A stretch of DNA of 39,244 bases from Pseudomonadota bacterium. GTDB taxonomy: Bacteria; Bdellovibrionota_B; Oligoflexia; Oligoflexales; RGVZ01. The notes beneath the pieces are model-generated. The model did no database searches, had not been told where the DNA came from, and saw nothing but the letters and a program-made list of their open reading frames with translations. The stretch is taken from positions 1 through 39,244 of the forward strand of contig JBEGVZ010000074.1 of NCBI GenBank assembly GCA_041178085.1, given 5' to 3'. The translations under genes and the position numbers were made by a program. Below are positions 19,023-26,997 of this stretch, piece by piece. The number at the start of each line of letters is the position of its first letter. The stretch's first letter is position 1.

Positions 19023-20171
19023 ATGAACGGTGATGCCGCCAGCGGAAAGCCCTGGATCCTGATGACGGGTGCCAGTGGTCTTCTTGGTCGTTACCTGCGC
19101 TACGCCCTGAATTCCAAATACCGTTTCTGGTGTGTGGATCGCGCTCCCGTTCCTGACATGTACGTTGGTGATGTTGGAGATGTCGTGGACCTCGGCAGTC
19201 TGTCGACATTGACAGAGGCGTGGGAGCGTCGTCGCGAGATCACCAGCAATTTACACGCCGTTGTGCATCTGGCTGCTTATTACGATTTTTCAAACGTCCC
19301 GAATCCCGCTTATGTGCGTGTCAACCAGGGTCTTGAACGACTTCTCATGCTGATATCCAAAGATGCGCCTGGAAACTGTGTTTTCGTTCATGCGGGCAGC
19401 GTGATTTCTCTTGCACCGTCCATGCCCGGCCAGCGCCTGAACGAATCAAGTCCCCGTGCGGCAACCTGGGAATACCCGCGCAGCAAGCAGCAGGCGGAGC
19501 GTTTGCTTGACCAGAGTCCATTGAGGCAACCGATCATCCAACTGATCCTGGCAGGCATATACACTGACTGGTGCGAACTGGTTCCCTTATTTCAATGGAT
19601 CGAGTTGTGCGGGCGTCCGGGGATTGAGAGGAATTTTTACGCTGGGCCACCCACCCGCGGTCATTCCTACGTTCACATCGAAGATGTCGTGCGCGCCTTT
19701 GAGATTGTCCTGGACAGGTACGGAAATGGTGGAGATCTGATCAAACAGGCTGAGTTTGAGCTGCTCGAGAAGCGGCTCAAAAAAAGCGTCGAGGTCAGCA
19801 TGGAGGGCGGTGTCCGGGAAAAGTTTCTGATCGGTCAGCCGCAACCCGTGACCTACCGGGAAATTCATGCGCGGGCCTGTTCTGCCCTCTTCGGGCGCGC
19901 ACTCCCGCTGATTCAGCTGCCCCCCGAGTGGGCAAAGGTCGGAGTCGCGATCCTGGCAATGGTGGCTAAGGCCCGGAAAAAGCCTCAGTTTATTCGTAGC
20001 TGGATGGTGGACCGGGCAGGTGATCATTATGCGCTGGATTTAACCCGCGCGCGGACGCGCCTTGGCTGGGTACCCAAGAAGTCGCTGCAGACCGATCTGG
20101 ATGGTATGCTGGGTCGCGCAATGCGCGAACGCGACCGGTGGCTCAAGGCTAATCTGGCACGACCGGGATGA
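19023..20171 (+). CDS. NAD-dependent epimerase/dehydratase (extended SDR)
   Basis: TGASGLLG, VVHLAA, YPRSK (YxxxK), YVHIEDV, ARTRLGWVP. Confidence 0.85.
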   Translation: MNGDAASGKPWILMTGASGLLGRYLRYALNSKYRFWCVDRAPVPDMYVGDVGDVVDLGSLSTLTEAWERRREITSNLHAVVHLAAYYDFSNVPNPAYVRVNQGLERLLMLISKDAPGNCVFVHAGSVISLAPSMPGQRLNESSPRAATWEYPRSKQQAERLLDQSPLRQPIIQLILAGIYTDWCELVPLFQWIELCGRPGIERNFYAGPPTRGHSYVHIEDVVRAFEIVLDRYGNGGDLIKQAEFELLEKRLKKSVEVSMEGGVREKFLIGQPQPVTYREIHARACSALFGRALPLIQLPPEWAKVGVAILAMVAKARKKPQFIRSWMVDRAGDHYALDLTRARTRLGWVPKKSLQTDLDGMLGRAMRERDRWLKANLARPG

Positions 20172-20173
20172 TG

Positions 20174-22177
20174 TCAGATGGGCGGAACTAAGACGATTTC
20201 CCCGGCCACATTTTTCCAAACAGTGTAACCCAGATTTAAAAGCGCGCGCAGTTCATCAAGCAAGACCCGGGGACTGGCTACCAGCAGTCCAGTTGTCGGG
20301 TCAATGATACCCTCTCCCGTCGGACCACTGCCCAATGTTGATCCGGGTGCCACCTTCACTGGTATTTTGATTTCTCGAAGGATTCCTGCAAGCGGTCCGT
20401 TGACTAAGTCAATGAAGGCCGCTTGTTCGGCGGGCGTAAATGTATCCCATGGCTGAGTGGTGCGGAGGATGGCCTTGAGCAAACCCGTCGTTTTTGGATC
20501 CAGGTTCAGCAAGTTGACCCATTCTGAATTGCTCGATCCGATATAAAAGAAACCGCCGTTTTTCGCTGCAGAGATTTCCTGCAGCCGGTCCCACATTTCA
20601 CCGGCGAGCGTGGCAATTGTCTTCGGATCGTAGCGCAAGGTGCCATCTGGTTTGGTGGCATAGGCTGTCATCGCTTTGATGACGTCTTTCAGCGAACTGG
20701 ACTTTGCCAGGTCTTGGGCGTACGTCGCGTAATGTGACACGTCTGGAATCCTGTTTGTAAGGACTGGGAGTCCTCCCTCTGCTGCATTAGACATCCCTTG
20801 AATTACGCCCGGATTATCGAATGCTTTTCCGGCTGGCAATGCGTCTTTCAGGTTTATCTGGGTCATTTTTTCGCCGTTGATGGTAGTTGTCGGTGCCGTG
20901 GGATTCCGGATGGCGGCCCAATAAGTGAGCAAGTTTCCTGCGAGCGCGACAAGGTTTGATCCGTTCTGCTTTTCCATGGCGGCGATTTGTTCCGCGATCG
21001 ACTGATTTGGGTTCAGTGCGATATAAAGCGTCTTCCCGGCTTCAACGGCTGTTCCGATGGCCGCCATGCCAGTTCCGATAGCGGTTGCACCGGCAACAAT
21101 TGCGGCGGGGGGAGCCGCAGGCAACATCAAGATGGCGCCCACCGTCACACCGACCGCGACACCACCAGTGACTAGACAAGCGACTCCATAGTTGTACCAT
21201 GAGTCTGCTCCGCCCAAGGTGCATGTGCTGACACTCTGGCCGACGTTTGAAACCATCTCTCCAATCGACGCCAATGCGTTAGCGGGCAGTTTTATGAACC
21301 CGTCGGCGAAATGATAGACGCCCTGTCCAGCCGTGCTTATTAGGCCGTAGTTGAAGGCTTCTGGCTCTGCACTCAAACCTGTTGCCGAGGCAGGTCTTTC
21401 ACATTTCTTATAGGAGCCGGACAGAATCCCACTGGGTGCCCCGTCGCAGTAATAGTTGCAGCCGGTAGTGTATATCCAGCCAGTCCTCATGCAATTTGCC
21501 TGCGCCTCAAGGCACGCTGCCATTGACGGGAACTGGTTTTTGTATCCGCAGGCCTGGTTGGCTTCGCTAACTGGGTCCGGCGGCATGGATTGAACGGCCG
21601 TCGCCAAGCCCAATGCATCTTTGGGTGCGTTTCCTTTCTTTGACGATTTCGGATTACCTGCAAGGTCGGCTGGCAAATTTTCCCCGCGATCTGCGAAAAC
21701 CAATTCCCCGGATTCGCCGGTACGCAGAAAACCAAGAAAGGGTATGCATTGCGGATCCCTTTGGAAGCTTGGCGGGACGCTGGACAGTGCCTCAGCACGA
21801 CATGTTCCGGAGCCGGAGGAAACCACCCTGCTGTCCGGAATCTCCAGAACTTCACCAGCATTGGTAACGGCATAAAGGGTGCACATCACAGGATTCGTCG
21901 CTAGATCTGCCAACGGGCCGAAAACACAGCCCACGACCCGGGTACCTTTGACTTGGGATGCGAGCTTTGGAACGTTCACTTTTCGGAACTTGATGTCATC
22001 CGAATCGGTGACAATATTTTCTCCCGGTGGTCGGGGGGCATTCCCAGTCGATTCGAGCGGTTTGTTCGAACTCCCTGCAACGATCACTTTCCGAAAGCCA
22101 CAGGACGACGCGATGCTCGCGATCAAGAATGCCAACGTGATGTGAGTTAATGTCGCATTGCGAGTCTCGTAACGCAT
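20174..22177 (-). CDS. Lipoprotein with Cys-rich module, hydrophobic hairpin and toxin-like C-terminal domain
   Basis: Start ATG 22177 (MRYETRNATLTHITLAFLIASIASSC) with GGGAGA RBS; lipobox ASSC; six-Cys segment; Gly/Ala-rich hydrophobic stretch. 667 aa. Confidence 0.7.
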   Translation of the reverse strand: MRYETRNATLTHITLAFLIASIASSCGFRKVIVAGSSNKPLESTGNAPRPPGENIVTDSDDIKFRKVNVPKLASQVKGTRVVGCVFGPLADLATNPVMCTLYAVTNAGEVLEIPDSRVVSSGSGTCRAEALSSVPPSFQRDPQCIPFLGFLRTGESGELVFADRGENLPADLAGNPKSSKKGNAPKDALGLATAVQSMPPDPVSEANQACGYKNQFPSMAACLEAQANCMRTGWIYTTGCNYYCDGAPSGILSGSYKKCERPASATGLSAEPEAFNYGLISTAGQGVYHFADGFIKLPANALASIGEMVSNVGQSVSTCTLGGADSWYNYGVACLVTGGVAVGVTVGAILMLPAAPPAAIVAGATAIGTGMAAIGTAVEAGKTLYIALNPNQSIAEQIAAMEKQNGSNLVALAGNLLTYWAAIRNPTAPTTTINGEKMTQINLKDALPAGKAFDNPGVIQGMSNAAEGGLPVLTNRIPDVSHYATYAQDLAKSSSLKDVIKAMTAYATKPDGTLRYDPKTIATLAGEMWDRLQEISAAKNGGFFYIGSSNSEWVNLLNLDPKTTGLLKAILRTTQPWDTFTPAEQAAFIDLVNGPLAGILREIKIPVKVAPGSTLGSGPTGEGIIDPTTGLLVASPRVLLDELRALLNLGYTVWKNVAGEIVLVPPI

Positions 22178-22209
22178 GATCGAATCTCCCGGGTAAGCGT
22201 CCGAGGAGA

Positions 22210-22236
22210 AGTTCGGTCGAGGGGGCAGGAACTTTA
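22210..22236 (-). promoter_or_regulatory. Sigma-28 (FliA)-type promoter
   Basis: TAAAGTTC-N11-ACCGAACT, 32 nt upstream of ATG 22177. Near-perfect -35 and spacing, CCGA core in -10. Confidence 0.6.
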
Positions 22237-22398
22237 TCCATCTTGGAAGGGGTTGTTGTTTGTTTCGAAATTTCGAGGGGTTATGTCTCGATGATTTCTT
22301 CACCATAGCGTTGGTGTTTTTATGGTCAAAAACAACCCGGAGGCGCGCCGCCATGAACCTCGATGTTGTCGGTCCCTAAAGACAATCATCGAAGCTTA

Positions 22399-22426
22399 AA
22401 TCGGGATGAGCTTTGGCGTCCCGATT
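22399..22426 (-). terminator. Hairpin at the gcdH stop codon, probable terminator
   Basis: AATCGGGA (22399-22406) / TCCCGATT (22419-22426) perfect inverted repeat. A second bulged hairpin lies at 22360-22392. The U-tract is short. Confidence 0.45.
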
Positions 22427-23594
22427 AGCGGAACGCCGCAATTCCCGTGATGTTCTCGCCGATCACCAGACGGTGGATATCTTCCGTGCCCTCGTATGTA
22501 TTGACCGTCTCGAGGTTCATCATGTGCCGGATCACCGGGTACTCGTCGATGATGCCGTTGCCACCCAGCATGTCGCGTGCGTCGCGGGCGACGTCGAGCG
22601 CCATGCGGCAGTTGTTCATCTTGCCGAGCGACACTTGGTGAGGGTGGAGCGTGCCTTTTTCCTTGATGCGTCCCATTTGGAGGACGAGGAGCTGCGCTTT
22701 CGTGATCTCTTGAACCATCTTCACCAGCTTTGCCTGCGCCAATTGATTTCCGGCAAGAGGCTTGCCGTCAAAAATTGTGCGGCTTTTGGCGTAGTTGAGG
22801 GCTGTGTGGTAGCAGGCGTTGGCGGCGCCGATCACGCCCCAGGCAATGCCGTAACGGGCCTGGGTAAGGCAGCTGAGTGGTCCGCGCAGGCTTTCGACAC
22901 CTGGCAGAATGTTTTCTTCTGGAACGACACAGTCTTGGAAATGCAGTTCGGAAGTTGTGCTGACGCGCAGCGAGAACTTGCCCTTCATCGTGGTGGTTGT
23001 AAATCCAGGTGTGCCTTTTTCGACGATGAAGCCGCGCACTTTTCCGTCCAGCTTTGCCCACACGACCGCGATGTCAGCGATGCAGCCGTTGGTGATCCAC
23101 ATCTTGTTGCCGTTGAGCTTGTAGCCACCGGGCACTTTTTCTGCCTTGGTATTCATCGAGCCCGGGTTGGATCCCGCGTCTGGTTCGGTCAGGCCGAAGC
23201 AACCGATAAGATGGCCCGTCGCCAGTTTCGGCAGGTATTTATCTTTCTGCTTCTCTGAACCGTAGGTGTAGATCGGGTACATGACCAGCGATCCCTGGAC
23301 GGAGCAGAAGGAGCGGATTCCTGAATCGCCGCGCTCGAGTTCCTGCATGACGAGGCCGTAGGCAACCTGGCCAAGGCCTGGGCAGCCGTAACCTTTGATG
23401 GTTGAACCCAGCAGGCCGAGCTCGCCAAACATGGGAATGAGTTCCATGGGGAACTTTTCGTCCCGGTTAGCCTTCATCATGAGGGGTTCTACACGCTCGT
23501 CCACGAAGTTGCGGACCGATTGGCGGACGAGGAGTTCCTCTTCCGTGAGAAGGCTGTCGATGTTCATGTAGTTCAGGGATTCGTAGGCTGCCAT
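22425..23594 (-). CDS. gcdH: Glutaryl-CoA dehydrogenase-type acyl-CoA dehydrogenase
   Basis: ELERGDSGIRSFCSVQGSLVMYPIY, GCFGLTEPDAGSNP, KMWITN, ARYGIAWG, GGNGI..EYPVIRHMMNLETVNTYEGT..IH (GCDH-type signatures). Start ATG 23594 with AGGAG RBS. Confidence 0.85.
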   Translation of the reverse strand: MAAYESLNYMNIDSLLTEEELLVRQSVRNFVDERVEPLMMKANRDEKFPMELIPMFGELGLLGSTIKGYGCPGLGQVAYGLVMQELERGDSGIRSFCSVQGSLVMYPIYTYGSEKQKDKYLPKLATGHLIGCFGLTEPDAGSNPGSMNTKAEKVPGGYKLNGNKMWITNGCIADIAVVWAKLDGKVRGFIVEKGTPGFTTTTMKGKFSLRVSTTSELHFQDCVVPEENILPGVESLRGPLSCLTQARYGIAWGVIGAANACYHTALNYAKSRTIFDGKPLAGNQLAQAKLVKMVQEITKAQLLVLQMGRIKEKGTLHPHQVSLGKMNNCRMALDVARDARDMLGGNGIIDEYPVIRHMMNLETVNTYEGTEDIHRLVIGENITGIAAFR

Positions 23595-23691
23595 GAGCGG
23601 GCTCCTTTTCGGGCCATTTTTGCCCTCTTTTTGTTGCTCGTCTGGGACCGCCCGGAGTAGTGTGCAGGGCGCATCAGAGCGAGGATTCCGC

Positions 23692-25953
23692 ATGTTTAAT
23701 CGAGCCGAGGTCATTGATCAAAACTTTTCTCGCTTCGTCCGCGAGGGAAAACTGCCGGCTGAAAGGTCTTCAACCGGGCTTGCACAATCGGGCTTGCGCC
23801 CGGCGGATCTGATGGACCTGTTCGAAAGCCAGATGATCAGCCGGCACCTGGACCTGATTGCCCGGGTCCTGAAAAACGAGAACCTTTGCTACTACACCAT
23901 TGGCAGTTCCGGGCACGAAGGCAACGCTGCTCTGGGGAAGGTTTTCCGGCTGACGGACATGGCTTTCCTGCACTACCGGAGCGGCGGTTTCATGATCCAG
24001 CGGGCCAAGCAAGTGCCCGGAACCACTCCTGTTTATGACACGATGCTGTCGTTTTTTGCGTCCACCGAGGAACCCATTGCCGGCGGGCGCCACAAGGTGT
24101 TCGGCAGCCTGCCCCTTCTTGTTCCGCCCCAGACCAGTACGATTGCCTCACATTTGCCCAAGGCGGTGGGGGCTGCCCTTTCGATCCATCGCGCGCACGC
24201 GATGGGAATCGAATCTGTCATGCCGGCCGACGCCGTGGTGGATTGCACCTTTGGTGACGCTTCCGCCAACCACTCAACCGCCATAGGGGCAATCAACATG
24301 GCCTCGTGGGTGGGCTACCAGAACATCCCGCTTCCCCTTGTTTTTACCTGTGAAGACAATGGCATAGGTATTTCTGTTGCGACACCGGACCAATGGGTGG
24401 AACGCAACTTCTCGGGCCGTCCAGCAATCAAATACTACGCGGCCGATGGCCTTAGCCTGCTAGATACCTACAAAGTGGGAGAGGAAGCGGTCCGCTACGC
24501 CCGGGAACGGCGCAAGCCCGTATTCCTTCATGTCAAGACTGTACGCTTGATGGGTCACGCCGGATCCGACATGGAGAACTCCTACCGTTCCTTTCCGCAG
24601 ATCGAGGAAGTCGAGTTCCAGGATCCTCTGCTCCATTCGGCCAGGCTGGTGCTCGAGAATGGACTCGCCTCTCCGGAAGAGCTGGTCAACATGTACGAGC
24701 AAGTGCGGGAGCGGGTGCGCCACGTTGCAGCGGCAGCCATGGAGCGTCCACAGCTCTCCGACCCGGCGGAAGTCCGCTCGACCATCACGGCTTGCGTACA
24801 CAAGCGCAAGGCTCCGCCAATTCCATCCGAAGCTGACCGCCAAGCGGCATTCGGTGGGTCTGACTGGGCCAAGACGAAAATCCCACTGCACATGGCCAAG
24901 CTGATCAACCTCGGTCTGCATGACATCTTGTTGCGTTACAAAAACACAGTGATTTTTGGCGAGGATGTGGCGCAAAAGGGCGGCGTTTACAACGTCACGG
25001 ATGGCCTGTTTAAAAAATTCGGTGCGAAGCGTGTATTCAACTCCCTGCTCGATGAGCAGTCGATCCTGGGCACGGGGATTGGCATGGCCCACAACGGATT
25101 TGTCCCGATCCCGGAAATCCAATTTCTGGCCTACTTTCACAACGCCGAAGATCAGATCCGCGGCGAAGCCGCAACGTTGCCGTTTTTCTCGCAGGGCCAG
25201 TTCACCAATCCAATGGTGCTGCGCATCGCTGGACTTGCTTACCAGAAGGGCTTCGGCGGGCACTTCCACAACGATAACTCGCTGGCAGTGCTGCGCGACA
25301 TTCCGGGCATCATCATCGCCGTGCCTTCCACGGGCGCTGACGCCGTCAAAATGATGCGTAGTTGTGTGCGCGAAGCATACGAGAACGGGCGGGTTGTGGT
25401 GTTCATCGAGCCGATTGCTCTGTACATGACGCGCGACCTGAACGTAGAAGGCGATAAAGTGTGGTGTGCTGAATACCCCGCTCCGGAAGACGAAATTCCG
25501 GTGGGAGAGTTTGGCGTCCATCGCTCCGGCGCGGCCGGCGAGGTGGCCGATTTAACGATCTTGACCTACGGCAACGGCTACTATTACTCGCGCCAGGCGA
25601 GTGAGGTGCTGGTCAAAGAGCACGGCAAGAAGGTCAAGGTGATTGACTTGCGATGGATTGCGCCCATCGACATGGACAAGGTGGCGAAGGAAATCGGTTC
25701 TTCGCGGCGGGTCCTTGTCGTCGAAGAGTGTCGCAAGACAGGCTCACTGAGTGAGTATCTGGTCAGCGCTCTGGTCGAACGCATGGACCCATTGCCCCGG
25801 ATCAAGGTGGTCGCAGCTGACGATTGCTTCATTCCACTCGGGCGCGCGGCCGCGGCTGGCCTGCCTAAAAAAGAGGAAATCCTTGCCGGTGCCCTGGAGC
25901 TTCTGCGCGATCACTCGAAGGCTCCCGCACGCAAGCAAGTGGAGACAGTATGA
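23692..25953 (+). CDS. Fused E1 alpha/beta ThDP-dependent 2-oxoacid dehydrogenase
   Basis: YTIGSSGHEG, HYRSG, FGDAS...EDN ThDP motif, RLMGHAGSD, FGEDVA.KGGVY, EIQF, GGHFHN, VIDLRW. Start ATG 23692 (MFNRAE) with GAGGA RBS. No lipoyl domain. Confidence 0.9.
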   Translation: MFNRAEVIDQNFSRFVREGKLPAERSSTGLAQSGLRPADLMDLFESQMISRHLDLIARVLKNENLCYYTIGSSGHEGNAALGKVFRLTDMAFLHYRSGGFMIQRAKQVPGTTPVYDTMLSFFASTEEPIAGGRHKVFGSLPLLVPPQTSTIASHLPKAVGAALSIHRAHAMGIESVMPADAVVDCTFGDASANHSTAIGAINMASWVGYQNIPLPLVFTCEDNGIGISVATPDQWVERNFSGRPAIKYYAADGLSLLDTYKVGEEAVRYARERRKPVFLHVKTVRLMGHAGSDMENSYRSFPQIEEVEFQDPLLHSARLVLENGLASPEELVNMYEQVRERVRHVAAAAMERPQLSDPAEVRSTITACVHKRKAPPIPSEADRQAAFGGSDWAKTKIPLHMAKLINLGLHDILLRYKNTVIFGEDVAQKGGVYNVTDGLFKKFGAKRVFNSLLDEQSILGTGIGMAHNGFVPIPEIQFLAYFHNAEDQIRGEAATLPFFSQGQFTNPMVLRIAGLAYQKGFGGHFHNDNSLAVLRDIPGIIIAVPSTGADAVKMMRSCVREAYENGRVVVFIEPIALYMTRDLNVEGDKVWCAEYPAPEDEIPVGEFGVHRSGAAGEVADLTILTYGNGYYYSRQASEVLVKEHGKKVKVIDLRWIAPIDMDKVAKEIGSSRRVLVVEECRKTGSLSEYLVSALVERMDPLPRIKVVAADDCFIPLGRAAAAGLPKKEEILAGALELLRDHSKAPARKQVETV

Positions 25954-26987
25954 CCAAAAAGAACCGCATTGTTGTCATCTGTCCAGGGCGTGGTTCTTAC
26001 ACGAGTGAGACCCTTGGCTACTTGAAGCAGTGTCGCGATAATCCTGTCGTTGCTGATTTTCTTGCTGATATTGACCAGCGTCGCGCCCAACTTGGCGAGC
26101 CGACCATCTCTGAACTGGACAACGCAACGAACTTCAGTCCAAGCCGCCACACGCGTGGCGAAAACGCTTCGACTTTGATCTATGCGTGCTCGTTTGCGGA
26201 CTTTGCTTCGATAGACCTTGAGAAAAACGAGATCGTTGCCATCACCGGTAATTCGATGGGCTGGTATCTGGCCCTTGGATTTGCCGGGAGCCTTGACTGG
26301 GCTGGCGCATTTGAATTGATCAACACCATGGGATCGATGATGAAGGACAAGATCATCGGTGGTCAGTTGATTTATCCGGTGGTTGATGGAGATTGGCGTT
26401 TTTCACCTGAATTGCAACAGACTGTATCCCGCGCGATTGACGATGCACGTGCCGCAGGCGGCCAGGTCCATCCTTCAATTCATCTTGGCGGCTATGCGGT
26501 CATTGGTGGCGACAGTGTGGGTTTGAATTACTTGATGAAAAACCTGCCAAAGCTGGAGCATTACCCCCTTCAACTCATCAACCACGCAGCATTTCACACG
26601 CCGCTGTTGCGTGAAACTTCCGAACGTGCTTTTGCGTCGATTCCCGGATCGATCTTCCACCGGCCACGCGTCCCGATGATCGATGGTCGCGGTCAGATCT
26701 GGCAGCCGTGGAGCACGGATGTTAATGACTTGTATGATTACACGCTTGGTCACCAGGTTCACGAAATCTACGACTTCACACGCGCAGTCACGGTTGCCTT
26801 GAAAGAATTCGCCCCTGATCAGCTGTACCTTCTTGGTCCAGGCAATAGCCTTGGGGGTGCGATCGGTCAGGTGCTTGTGGCCAACCAGTGGCAAGGCATA
26901 AAGAGCAAAGCCGACTTCTCTGCGGTTCAGAAAAGCCGGCCTTTTTTGGTTTCGATGGGCCTTCGGAATTCTTCCAGGACGCCCTGA
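25950..26987 (+). CDS. FabD/acyltransferase-fold protein with atypical active site
   Basis: CPGRGSY, TGNSMG (Ser nucleophile elbow), AAFHTPLL, LLGPG. ATGA overlap with the E1 gene. Confidence 0.8.
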   Translation: MTKKNRIVVICPGRGSYTSETLGYLKQCRDNPVVADFLADIDQRRAQLGEPTISELDNATNFSPSRHTRGENASTLIYACSFADFASIDLEKNEIVAITGNSMGWYLALGFAGSLDWAGAFELINTMGSMMKDKIIGGQLIYPVVDGDWRFSPELQQTVSRAIDDARAAGGQVHPSIHLGGYAVIGGDSVGLNYLMKNLPKLEHYPLQLINHAAFHTPLLRETSERAFASIPGSIFHRPRVPMIDGRGQIWQPWSTDVNDLYDYTLGHQVHEIYDFTRAVTVALKEFAPDQLYLLGPGNSLGGAIGQVLVANQWQGIKSKADFSAVQKSRPFLVSMGLRNSSRTP

Positions 26988-26997
26988 TGCCGTGTTC

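Noticed and set aside
22178..22354. Upstream extension of the 726-aa ORF
   Set aside because: RBS, promoter and lipoprotein signal all point to ATG 22177.
23593..23714. Apparent head-to-head overlap of gcdH and E1 ORFs
   Set aside because: Disappears with the RBS-supported starts at 23594 (-) and 23692 (+).
22413..25521. Long antisense ORFs 22413..23258 (+) and 24460..25521 (-)
   Set aside because: Codon-register shadows of gcdH and the E1 gene with no independent features.
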